Shown here: one piece after another, positions 29,063 to 38,053 of the stretch
Position numbering within the stretch: position 1 is the stretch's first letter
How the letters are laid out: each line of letters starts with the position of its first letter
NCBI GenBank assembly: GCA_046598345.1
Contig: JBKJIT010000004.1
Span: 137,226 to 201,225, forward strand
Origin: Minisyncoccia bacterium
GTDB lineage: Bacteria > Patescibacteriota > Minisyncoccia > Phycocordibacterales > UBA918
Direction: 5' to 3'
Length of the DNA stretch: 64,000 nucleotides
The notes under the pieces: model-generated
What the model was told of the DNA's origin: nothing
Seen by the model: the letters and a program-made list of their open reading frames with translations, nothing else
Databases searched by the model: none
Made by a program: the position numbers and the translations under genes

Positions 29063-30004
29063 TTAAAGCGTGACTCCAACTTTCTTTCGGACTTCTTGCA
29101 TTTTCTCCCATGCTTGCTCACGAGCGCGCTCTCCACCATCCTTGAGTATGCGCTTCACATCCCCATCACTAATTGCGTCACGTATTGCGCGCATAGGCGC
29201 AATACGTGCTTCGATATCCTCGATGAGTAGTTCTTTCAGATTCTTATACTTTCCTTTGTATTCTTCGTATGGTGCTTCAAGCTCCTTCTCAGTCTTAAAG
29301 AGTTTGTGAATCTCATATACATTTTTAGGCTTGTCTCCGCTTGAGTCCGTGACGATACCCATCACTGCTTTTGCAATCACTGCTTTAGTTCCAAAAAGTG
29401 GAATCGTATTTCCATAACTCTTACTCATCTTCTGTCCATCAGTACCAGGGACAATGCCAACGCCTTTGATTATCTTTTCTTGCGGCGCACCAAATGTCTC
29501 GCCATATGCGAGATTGAACTTAGTTGCTGCTTCTCGCGCATATTCAACATGCTGGCGTTGATCCTCCCCTACAGGTACCACCTCAGTATCATAGAGAAGA
29601 ATGTCAGCTGCCATGAGCATAGGGTAATTAAATAGTCCCGCATTCGCTTCAAGTCCCTTTGCTACTTTGTCCTTGTACGAGTGTGCCTGCATGAGAAATG
29701 GAACGGTAACGAGACACTCAAACATCCATGCGAGCTCGGTGTGTTCCGGCACATCCGATTGTTTAAAAATAATTGCTTCCTCTGGATTTACTCCTACTGC
29801 AATATAGTCTTTCACTACATCAAAAATATTGGTACGGAGAAGTTCAGGATCACGAAGTGTGGTGAGTGCATGGAGGTCGGCTACCATGAGATGGCTGTCG
29901 TATTCTCGATAAATATCAACAAATGGCTTCAGCACGCCGAAGTAATTACCAATGTGTAGGGTGCCGGAGGACTGAAGACCAGTTAAGAGGCGTTTTTTAC
30001 TCAT
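29063..30004 (-). CDS. trpS: Tryptophan--tRNA ligase
   Basis: TGLQSSG.LHIGNY.G, YP.LMAADIL, VPVG.DQ.QH, KMSKS. Confidence 0.97.
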   Translation of the reverse strand: MSKKRLLTGLQSSGTLHIGNYFGVLKPFVDIYREYDSHLMVADLHALTTLRDPELLRTNIFDVVKDYIAVGVNPEEAIIFKQSDVPEHTELAWMFECLVTVPFLMQAHSYKDKVAKGLEANAGLFNYPMLMAADILLYDTEVVPVGEDQRQHVEYAREAATKFNLAYGETFGAPQEKIIKGVGIVPGTDGQKMSKSYGNTIPLFGTKAVIAKAVMGIVTDSSGDKPKNVYEIHKLFKTEKELEAPYEEYKGKYKNLKELLIEDIEARIAPMRAIRDAISDGDVKRILKDGGERAREQAWEKMQEVRKKVGVTL

Positions 30005-30056
30005 AGGTAAGATAGTAGCAAAATAATGGTAATTTATGAAGGAATGTGATAAACGA

Positions 30057-30079
30057 AGGCCGACACGAATGTCGGCCTG
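30057..30079 (-). terminator. Stem-loop downstream of the SLT-like gene
   Basis: AGGCCGACA-cgaa-TGTCGGCCT; weak U-tract. Confidence 0.45.
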
Positions 30080-30083
30080 GTGT

Positions 30084-31229
30084 TCAGTAATACGCGTCGT
30101 GGTTCCCTGTTCCCGTATGTCGGTTGCAGAGAAGTTCCGGACGCTCACGGAAAAGTTCCACAGTTTTTCGTATCTTAAGGATGTATATTTGGTTCTCTTG
30201 ATTTTTGTTGTGAAGAACCAGGTCGCCGAACTTCCCCAGAATGTTGATGGGTCGTGCGGGTCCTCCATTGTACGAAGAGGCGATGTACTCTATCTGGAGC
30301 ATTTGGTCCGAAAAGACCCTTTCCCTTAGCTTTTTCGGAATACGCGTAAGGTCGTGGTCGAACAGCAAAGCAGCAGCCTTGAGCGAATTGAACGAGTGAA
30401 ATGCCCCTTCCACAAAATCGTGGATGAGTCTCGCTTTCGGATATTTCACCGGTAGCATGTTGTACGTCGGTCGAGTGAACTGCATGTCGCCAAGGGCAAC
30501 AGCAGAACTTTTCGAGTATTTGTATGCTTGATCGCGCATAAATGCAACGCGAGCAAGCACTTCCCCGACAAGCACATGCAAAGGCTCATTTCTAAAGCGT
30601 TCATGGTCAATGTGCTCTACGATGAAAATAAGGAGCAGCAACTCTGAGATGGTTGCATCGCTCACGAGCACCGTCGGGTTTAGCAATGAACGTACGTCGA
30701 GTTCACGCAATTCCTTGAGTGCTGCGTGAATCCGATTGTCGAGGATTGCCTTACCGTAACAACGGACATCGTTTACATTGAGTCCTTCATTAACTCCCGT
30801 AAAAACCTCCTCTTGCAATGGTGTTGATGCTCGACCACGCTTGAGTGCGTATGCACGGTACCCAACCGGTTCAAGAATACTGAACTGAGTTGCGTATCCG
30901 TTCATTTGACCTCTCGAATCGCGCTTACATGCAATTGTGAAGCCTGGGGTCGTGGACTCGCAGGTTGCAGTGTTGAATCGAATGAACTCAAGTGGCTCAC
31001 CCCGATGATGTACAGCAAGAATGCCATGGATCTGGCGTTCAATAGTGCACATCATTTTGCGTTTCTTTTGCTCACAGATCTTCACTTCTTCAGATCCGGC
31101 AATGAACGATGGGTCGGAAAGTACTTCTCGCGCAATATCGGCGAGGAGCACATCCAGTGGCATAGCGCGTGGCTCTACATGCAAAATGCACGCGAGACCA
31201 AATATGATCACTCCGCATACAATTTTCAT
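30084..31229 (-). CDS. Secreted protein with C-terminal lytic transglycosylase (SLT)-like domain
   Basis: Signal-like N-terminus; SSAVALGDMQFT.PTY and SYNGG resemble SLT motifs. Confidence 0.6.
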   Translation of the reverse strand: MKIVCGVIIFGLACILHVEPRAMPLDVLLADIAREVLSDPSFIAGSEEVKICEQKKRKMMCTIERQIHGILAVHHRGEPLEFIRFNTATCESTTPGFTIACKRDSRGQMNGYATQFSILEPVGYRAYALKRGRASTPLQEEVFTGVNEGLNVNDVRCYGKAILDNRIHAALKELRELDVRSLLNPTVLVSDATISELLLLIFIVEHIDHERFRNEPLHVLVGEVLARVAFMRDQAYKYSKSSAVALGDMQFTRPTYNMLPVKYPKARLIHDFVEGAFHSFNSLKAAALLFDHDLTRIPKKLRERVFSDQMLQIEYIASSYNGGPARPINILGKFGDLVLHNKNQENQIYILKIRKTVELFRERPELLCNRHTGTGNHDAYY

Positions 31230-31270
31230 AGAACACCTCCACAGTTGAAAATCAATTGAGGATACCTACT

Positions 31271-31459
31271 CTAACCCAATAATGGGTCATGAAGTATGAA
31301 TGAGCAAGAACCAAAAGTGCAAATTGAAAAAACGGGGGCTGTCACCCCCGTTTGCGCCATGAACATTTTGTCGTTCGGTGGCAGTCGTTCGCACGCAATG
31401 AAAAGAATTGTCGTGCACAGCATTGCGATAAAAACTCTCATAGCACTTGTCATGGCCAT
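31271..31459 (-). CDS. Small hypothetical (possible lipoprotein), 62 aa
   Basis: Hydrophobic N-terminus ending FIAC; GGAGG just upstream of the start. Confidence 0.4.
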   Translation of the reverse strand: MAMTSAMRVFIAMLCTTILFIACERLPPNDKMFMAQTGVTAPVFSICTFGSCSFILHDPLLG

Positions 31460-31575
31460 CCTCCAGACAGTGAGTTTTTTGGATACTAGAATAAGTATGA
31501 CATTCTCTGTCTCAAGGGTTTGGATCGAAGTGCATAACTTGTATTTGCATCTCGTTTCACCTACTATCCATAGTC

Positions 31576-32586
31576 ATGAGTAAGAAACGCGAAGCCGTTA
31601 TCTTAGGAAGGCTCCTCCAAAAGATCGCTCCCAAAATTGGAGCGAAGGTTATACTCGAACCCGAATGGGAAATGGCGGGACGTATCGAGTTTAAGTCCGG
31701 AAAGAAATCATATTTTCGCTACAACACCGTCGATCTGAATCCAATAGGATCCTCAGACATTGCGAAGGATAAGGATTACGCGAACTTTTTCATACATACG
31801 CTCGGATATCCAATTATCCCAGGGAGCAAAACATTTTTCTCTGATGCGTGGGCTGACGCGATCAGGGCAAAGAAGCGAAAGACTGATGACGCGTACGCGT
31901 ATGCAGCGAAGCTCGGCTTCCCTGTAGTGGTAAAGCCGAACAGTGGAAGTCGTGGCACAGGTGTGGCATTTGTGAAAACTAAGGCAGAATTCTATAAAGC
32001 AATGCGATTTATATTTTCGCGCGATAGAGTGGGTCTTATACAAAAACCAGTTATTGGAAAAGATTATCGCATTGTAGTTTTGGACAATGAAATCATTTCT
32101 GCGTATGAGCGTGTGCCCCTCAGTGTTATTGGCGATGGAAGAACTACAGTCCTGGGGCTTTTAAAGCGAAAGCAGAGGCAGTTTGAAAATGAACATCGAG
32201 ATACACAGATTAAGTTCGACGATCCACGTATACAGATCAAGCTTTCAAGACAGGCGCTCACTCTCGATTCCGTTTTAAAAAAGAGTCAGCATATTTTCGT
32301 GCTCGACAATGCCAATCTCTCTACGGGGGGTGATTCAGTTGATGTGACTGAATTTGTACACGCATCCTTTAAAAGAATTGCGGTGGCGTTAACAAAGGAC
32401 ATGGGACTTAGATTTTGTGGCGTTGACCTCATTATCGATGGGGACATCAGTGAAGCAGCAGAAACGTATTGGGTTTTGGAGATTAATGCTGCGCCGGGTC
32501 TTGATCACTATGCTAAATCTGGAAAGAAACAGGAAGCCATTGTTGAGGCACTCTATCTTAAGGTGCTACAAAGTTTAGATACATGA
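31576..32586 (+). CDS. Stand-alone ATP-grasp ligase (cyanophycin synthetase N-domain / GshAB-like)
   Basis: FPVVVKPNSGS.G.GV, DYRIVV, R.P..V.GDG..T, NANLSTGG...D.T, GVDL, LEINAAPGL. Confidence 0.8.
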   Translation: MSKKREAVILGRLLQKIAPKIGAKVILEPEWEMAGRIEFKSGKKSYFRYNTVDLNPIGSSDIAKDKDYANFFIHTLGYPIIPGSKTFFSDAWADAIRAKKRKTDDAYAYAAKLGFPVVVKPNSGSRGTGVAFVKTKAEFYKAMRFIFSRDRVGLIQKPVIGKDYRIVVLDNEIISAYERVPLSVIGDGRTTVLGLLKRKQRQFENEHRDTQIKFDDPRIQIKLSRQALTLDSVLKKSQHIFVLDNANLSTGGDSVDVTEFVHASFKRIAVALTKDMGLRFCGVDLIIDGDISEAAETYWVLEINAAPGLDHYAKSGKKQEAIVEALYLKVLQSLDT

Positions 32587-33041
32587 ATCCAGATTCCGCT
32601 ACAGAATCGTTACAGGCAATTCTTAAAAAGTGTGATGTGTTGATTGGGTACGCTCCCCTCCCGGATGAGCCTGATTTCTTTAAGGCTCCAGTACTTTCAC
32701 ATTTTCATGCGTCGCTTTACAGAATTCCGGCGGACAAGACTAACGATCCGTTTGAGTATGCGGAGGAATTGGTGCAGCGGTTTGCTAACTCCCATCCATG
32801 CCTCGTTATTCCAGGTCAGAAGTTTGATGCACAAGGTTCACGGCACGGACGAGGAGGTGGTTGGTACGATCGGCTACTCTGCAAGCTTTCCCGTGAGTGG
32901 GTACGTATCGGTGTATGTTTTGCACAGCAATATAGTGTCTCCCGTCTTCCGCGCGAACAATGGGACGAGAGTATGGATTATCTCCTCCTCTACACAGAAG
33001 AAAAAGACGAATGGGAGATTAAAAGTGCAGAACCTATTTAG
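32583..33041 (+). CDS. 5-formyltetrahydrofolate cyclo-ligase
   Basis: IPG..FD..GSRHGRGGGWYDR; ATGA overlap with the upstream gene. Confidence 0.85.
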   Translation: MNPDSATESLQAILKKCDVLIGYAPLPDEPDFFKAPVLSHFHASLYRIPADKTNDPFEYAEELVQRFANSHPCLVIPGQKFDAQGSRHGRGGGWYDRLLCKLSREWVRIGVCFAQQYSVSRLPREQWDESMDYLLLYTEEKDEWEIKSAEPI

Positions 33042-34731
33042 CAGATTTAGCACCTGGAACGAGGGGTAGTTCGATATGGAATCGTGACCCTTTCCCTTCC
33101 CCATCGGATTCTGCCCACACGCGGCCTTTCATATCGGTAATCATTTTCTTTGCAACAAAGAGTCCGAGACCGGTCCCGGTTACGTTTACATTATTTGCAT
33201 TCTTTGCGCGCACAAATTTCTCAAACACTTCCTCCTGCGTTTCTTTACTCATGCCGACGCCAGTATCTTCAATAGTGATAAACATTTTTTTCTTCTTTAC
33301 ATCATCGTGTGCTCGTACGGTTATGGTTCCCTTCTGTGTATACTTCATTGAATTATCAAGAAGATTCATGATGATCTGTCGTGTCTTTCCTACGTCAGCG
33401 TTTACCGAGCAACTTCCCTTACAATCTGAGCGGAAGAGCATTATGAGACCTTTCTTTATTGCTACCGTACGCATTTCATCCACAATTCGTTCCGCCATAT
33501 CTTTCAAGTTAAAATCCCCAATTTCGTACTTCATATTGCCTGCTTCGATGCGTGAGACATTGAGATAGTCTTCAACAGAAAGCGCCATGTACTTCGCAGA
33601 GTCGCCAATCTTTTCAACAACCTCAGTTGCTTTCTTGGGAAGTTTGCCATATGAACCTTCAGACAGCATCGAGGCGTAACCGCGAATTGAGGTTAAGGGA
33701 CTTCGAAGTTGATGCGAAGCGATAGACACGAATTCAGATTTCATTTTATCAAGCTCTTTAAGGCGGGTATTGACGCCTTGAAGATTCTCCGCAAGTTTTG
33801 CAATTTGTTCGCGTTGCAAAACCTCTCTATTGACACTTCGTACAAGAAAGTAACCACCAATGCAGGAAAGTAAGAAAGTAACACCTACAAGCATACGAGT
33901 AGTTGTTGATTCTACAAAGAAAAATTCGGAACCGATGAGTAGGATAAGAGAAGCAACAAGTGCCTGTGCTGCAACCAATTTAATATTGAAAGCTTTGAAT
34001 CTCACTATCAAATATGACAAAGTTCCAATAAAGGCCAGCATTCCCAACGGACCAATAAGGTTGATTTCGTAAATCCCAGTTTCTTCTGCGTAATAGAATG
34101 ATGCAAAGAATATGCCTACGAACACAAAACTGCCCAATAGAAGATAAAATGATGAAAGAGTCCGCGAATCGCGATCATTGCCGTACTGTTTCAATACAAG
34201 TAGTGACCAACTCAAAAAGACTAAAACAGCAAGAAATTGAAGTCCATAAAAATAGTCCCACAACATACCGGTCTGACCTGTACATGTATCGAGTTCAACT
34301 CCAGAAAGATTCAGTTCACTCGGAAGAAGTAATATTATAGGTAGGCCCAATAACAAACCTACAGATTTTCCCCAAAATGGAATGTCTTTCCCTTTCACGA
34401 ATAAATAGACGAAGTAAAATGTGGAAATTAAGATCAAAAAATGCAAGAGAAGTGATATTGAAAATGTGAAGTACACAAGTCCTGCTGGCATAACGATCCA
34501 CTGCACCACCTCGTTAAATATAAAAATTGCAAAAATTGTAGTTAGAAAGAAAAGAACTTTACTGAGTGATGAAAACCCATTTTTAATTAGAACAAATATT
34601 CCTATCACTAACGAAATTATAATTATTGAAAAATAGGAATAGTAAAGCAGATCAGGAGCAAAGCTTAAATTCATAAAGCCCAAAAAAGTGGCTTCTCCAT
34701 CAATACATTGAACTAATTCAGGTAAGATCAT
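33034..34731 (-). CDS. Membrane sensor histidine kinase (multi-TM input, HisKA, HATPase)
   Basis: SHQLRSPLT H-box, NLLDNSMKYT N-box, D.G.G, GTGLGL; about 8-9 hydrophobic segments in the N-terminal half. Confidence 0.93.
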   Translation of the reverse strand: MILPELVQCIDGEATFLGFMNLSFAPDLLYYSYFSIIIISLVIGIFVLIKNGFSSLSKVLFFLTTIFAIFIFNEVVQWIVMPAGLVYFTFSISLLLHFLILISTFYFVYLFVKGKDIPFWGKSVGLLLGLPIILLLPSELNLSGVELDTCTGQTGMLWDYFYGLQFLAVLVFLSWSLLVLKQYGNDRDSRTLSSFYLLLGSFVFVGIFFASFYYAEETGIYEINLIGPLGMLAFIGTLSYLIVRFKAFNIKLVAAQALVASLILLIGSEFFFVESTTTRMLVGVTFLLSCIGGYFLVRSVNREVLQREQIAKLAENLQGVNTRLKELDKMKSEFVSIASHQLRSPLTSIRGYASMLSEGSYGKLPKKATEVVEKIGDSAKYMALSVEDYLNVSRIEAGNMKYEIGDFNLKDMAERIVDEMRTVAIKKGLIMLFRSDCKGSCSVNADVGKTRQIIMNLLDNSMKYTQKGTITVRAHDDVKKKKMFITIEDTGVGMSKETQEEVFEKFVRAKNANNVNVTGTGLGLFVAKKMITDMKGRVWAESDGEGKGSRFHIELPLVPGAKSAK

Positions 34732-34779
34732 ACTTTGTTGCAAAGTGCTATTTGGCTCACGTAACTAGTACCATTTAAC

Positions 34780-34932
34780 TTATTGATCTTCAGTTACTTC
34801 CTCCGCGATGTAGTCCTCCGAGTATGACTGCTCATAACTCTGCGTAATAAAGCTTTTATAAAATAGCGCAGAGACTGAGATGATTGTTAACATCACAGAA
34901 AAAAGAAGTAATATCTTTGATCTTCTGTCCAT
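34780..34932 (-). CDS. Small single-TM protein, 50 aa, acidic tail
   Basis: MDRRSKILLLFSVMLTIISVSALFY...EEVTEDQ; TGC-TACAAT 6 nt before the ATG. Confidence 0.65.
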   Translation of the reverse strand: MDRRSKILLLFSVMLTIISVSALFYKSFITQSYEQSYSEDYIAEEVTEDQ

Positions 34933-34984
34933 GTTGGAATTGTAGCATGCAGTCGCTGCAGCCATTTGATAATCTGTGCAAATT

Positions 34985-36268
34985 CTACAGCCATCCCCAT
35001 TCTTGAAGTCGTGGCAGGTCATGATTCTCTACTCGGACACCAATGTCTTTTCTGTAATGCATTTTTGGAATATGTATATGGCGAACGCGATTGTATGCAA
35101 TGTCACGCGCCTCAGAAATCGTCTTACCAAAAGCAGTCACGTACAAGACTGCTCCATGTTTACCTGTCCAATAATAGGAATCGCCAATCTTTGAACCTTC
35201 CTCAAAATGAATATGCTCGAAGTCCTCAATGGAAAGTTTCTCTGTATTCAAATTTATTTGAATATGAGAAATAGAATTTCTAGAATTTTCAGGTTGATAC
35301 GGGAACGGAGGAACTACAATAGACACAACAACCCCGAATCCTTTTTTGCACCCAAGTGGATATTGCTTACCAGTTGCAAGTGCATCGAGAAAATCCGCCC
35401 AAGGAGACTGATGAAGTATGACTTGGAGCTCAGTAGAGGGATTTCCGAAACGTGGAGTTGCTTCCAACGGAACAGCTCTGTCTTTTGTTACCATGCAATT
35501 TATATCAATGTCACCTCGAAAGTCAATTTTCTGGAGATGTGGTTTAAGTTTATCTAATACTTCCGTAAAAAGACGACACTCCTCTACTGTGTACCACAAG
35601 ACCGTCCCCATTTCAGGCGTAAGAGGTCCCGTATCTCCATCGTGAAGCATCTTATGTTCATGATTAATTTCAATTGGCCCAACCCAATCATTCCCATTAA
35701 AATATCTTGCAATACCCACCTCAATACCATTAGCAAACTGTTGAATATGTATGAGCTTTGCTTCCCTTTTCTTGTAGTTTTCGAGTACCCTGAGTACATC
35801 CGAGCCATCCTCCCTCTTTCCAATGAAATTGAGACAGCTTTGATGGGTATCCTGTTTTACAACCCATTTTCCCCCATTCTTCTTTACAAACGCAATTGCT
35901 TCATCCGCATGACTAAAATTGTATGAAGGAAGAATTTCCATACCTGATTGCTGAGCAATTTCCTGAAAATACAGTCGTTCTGTTTCGAGCGAATCTCCAC
36001 CTTCACTGCCACCCACTACTTTATATCCATCACGTCTAAGTAGATCTTGATCTTTCCCAAAACCTACATCATCAAAAATAATAATTCCGTTTCCTTCCTT
36101 TACCCAATCCAATTCCCCTTTCCAGTCTTCTGTTTTTGGAACAATCCCATCGAGACACTTTTTCCATTCTTGTTCATGAATATATAGCTTTACATCATTC
36201 TTCTCTGCAACAAGCTTTTGACACAGGGCAGACCCGATAAGTACTCCAGAGACGAATAAGATTCTCAT
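34985..36268 (-). CDS. PurD-like (phosphoribosylamine--glycine ligase-like) ATP-grasp enzyme
   Basis: LE..R..., WVVK, EHK....GDTGPLTPEMGT, D.NC, LEATPRFG.P, YRKDIG. Confidence 0.8.
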   Translation of the reverse strand: MRILFVSGVLIGSALCQKLVAEKNDVKLYIHEQEWKKCLDGIVPKTEDWKGELDWVKEGNGIIIFDDVGFGKDQDLLRRDGYKVVGGSEGGDSLETERLYFQEIAQQSGMEILPSYNFSHADEAIAFVKKNGGKWVVKQDTHQSCLNFIGKREDGSDVLRVLENYKKREAKLIHIQQFANGIEVGIARYFNGNDWVGPIEINHEHKMLHDGDTGPLTPEMGTVLWYTVEECRLFTEVLDKLKPHLQKIDFRGDIDINCMVTKDRAVPLEATPRFGNPSTELQVILHQSPWADFLDALATGKQYPLGCKKGFGVVVSIVVPPFPYQPENSRNSISHIQINLNTEKLSIEDFEHIHFEEGSKIGDSYYWTGKHGAVLYVTAFGKTISEARDIAYNRVRHIHIPKMHYRKDIGVRVENHDLPRLQEWGWL

Positions 36269-36286
36269 AATAGTAGATTGCCCTGG

Positions 36287-37354
36287 TTAAGAAGCTAGCA
36301 CAATACCTATTACAGTAACTGCAATAATTAATAATTCCAAACAAATCTTAGTTACACTTGTCCTCGTTATAGGCAAGGCCTCAGCTGTTAGCGTAAAGCC
36401 CAATACAACAACGTGTTTCATCCCCCTTTGTTCAATCTGTTTTCTATACCACCCTAAAAGTAAATCGAGGATATAAACTAAGAACACATTCGCTCCAATT
36501 ACCACACCAATATACGCTGGGTTTAAACCAGTAAGACCAAAATATTCAAAATAAAAGATTAACATTCCAATAATTTCAACAATAATTATTGGGAACAAAA
36601 AACGACGAATTCTTTTCTTCCATGCAAGCAAGAACTCTACACGTTCCTTTTTATTAGTAAGCAAGGATCTTCCCCCTGCGGCAAAACCAATCCAATAGAA
36701 TGGAAGCAATGCGTACACCCCGATAGTTTCTGTTGCAAGTCCTTTTGATTCAGTAAATATGAAATGTAAAAGCAAACTGTAGATTGTAGAAAGACCCACA
36801 AACATACACATATGCTTGTAATAAAGAACACCACTGCCTTGCTCCTCTCGGTTTAACAGATATTCAAATAGAATAAGTCCCAGTGTCGCCAGTAGTACTC
36901 CAAAAACCCAATAAAGACCTAATTCACCCAAGGTACTAAACTCTTCGAAAAAGTAACCAAGGACTGAATATGCGATGATTGCTGCAATTGGTGTTACACC
37001 CATCCAGGCTGCCACTAAGGTTGAATTCGCTTCTTCTGCATAACATGCGAAATAGTGATACAGCATTTGAATAACCAATATTCCGCCTGCCATCATTGCG
37101 ATGCCTTCCCACCAAAATAATTCTAAAATTGAAGCAAAGAGTATGGAAAATGATTCTATCTTCCCTGTGAAAATTCCGTAGAATATAACAAGTAAACTGA
37201 GGGTAAGCCCTAAAATAGTTCCAAATACGGAGCTTACAATCCATGCGTGGCGGTGCTTACCTTCGTAGTAATCGGTAACTATAAAACGATCAGATACAAC
37301 CATAATGGCTGTACAGATAGAACTCAACATAGTGGCAATAAGTGCGGTGGTCAT
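36287..37354 (-). CDS. Multi-pass membrane protein, EamA/DMT-like transporter
   Basis: About 10 hydrophobic helices with a two-repeat appearance (…SDRF…, EANST, LNPA). Confidence 0.55.
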   Translation of the reverse strand: MTTALIATMLSSICTAIMVVSDRFIVTDYYEGKHRHAWIVSSVFGTILGLTLSLLVIFYGIFTGKIESFSILFASILELFWWEGIAMMAGGILVIQMLYHYFACYAEEANSTLVAAWMGVTPIAAIIAYSVLGYFFEEFSTLGELGLYWVFGVLLATLGLILFEYLLNREEQGSGVLYYKHMCMFVGLSTIYSLLLHFIFTESKGLATETIGVYALLPFYWIGFAAGGRSLLTNKKERVEFLLAWKKRIRRFLFPIIIVEIIGMLIFYFEYFGLTGLNPAYIGVVIGANVFLVYILDLLLGWYRKQIEQRGMKHVVVLGFTLTAEALPITRTSVTKICLELLIIAVTVIGIVLAS

Positions 37355-37366
37355 TCTGACTATATA

Positions 37367-37849
37367 TTACATAAAAAACAGGACGACAAGTGGTGCAAGG
37401 AGCCACCAGAAGAATCGCTCTTCTGGGGCAAAGAGTGCTTGTATCGGCGAGCCGGGAGTGAACACATCAGTAACTGGAAGTGCATGATAGCTAAACGCCA
37501 TAACGAGTGCAGTGGCGAGAAGTGCAAGTACAATCTTTTTTCCAAATTGAGCAAAGGGCGTTTCTCTGTATTCAACCGGAATAATTCGTCGAAGAAGAAT
37601 CGTGCCAAGGACAGTGAACGCAGCAAAGAACAAGATCATGATGAGGGCGTTTCCTTTTTCGCTACTTGCTTTTAGGAGTGCGTCAAAATACGGAAACTTT
37701 AAAGTAATGACAAGAGCAATATAGAGCGCTAGTATCGCATTAATAATTGATTGTGTTCCGCGCGCCATACCGAAAAGAAGCATGACACCAAAAACCGCTA
37801 TCAAAAATAACGACTCACTGAGCATTCCAAGTAGGAAGCTAACATCCAT
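37367..37849 (-). CDS. Hypothetical membrane protein
   Basis: Five hydrophobic segments; TATAAT 7 nt upstream of the ATG. Confidence 0.7.
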   Translation of the reverse strand: MDVSFLLGMLSESLFLIAVFGVMLLFGMARGTQSIINAILALYIALVITLKFPYFDALLKASSEKGNALIMILFFAAFTVLGTILLRRIIPVEYRETPFAQFGKKIVLALLATALVMAFSYHALPVTDVFTPGSPIQALFAPEERFFWWLLAPLVVLFFM

Positions 37850-37914
37850 AGTCTTGATTATACTCTGTTAAAGATTACAAAAATGAACTAATACACTAAT
37901 TAGGATTCCTTCAA

Positions 37915-38002
37915 AGTAAAATTTCTAATTCACTTCGCTAATATGAATTTACTCCCCGACCTCGCGGCCAGGACATTAGGTATAGTCCTGGCATCGCTCT
38001 GG
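37915..38002 (-). repeat. Post-terminator structured element, family I copy A
   Basis: Minus strand CCAGAGCGAT-GCCAGGAC..GTCCTGGC-CGCGAGGTCGGGG, then a hairpin with TAGCGAAGTGAATTAG. Confidence 0.65.
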
Positions 38003-38007
38003 TTTTT

Positions 38008-38053
38008 GTAGCAAAAGAAAAAGTCTCCCTGCGGAGACTTTTTCTTTTGCTAC
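38008..38053 (-). terminator. Rho-independent terminator of the dnaK-dnaJ operon
   Basis: GTAGCAAAAGAAAAAGTCTCC-ctgc-GGAGACTTTTTCTTTTGCTAC, a 21-bp perfect stem. Confidence 0.88.
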
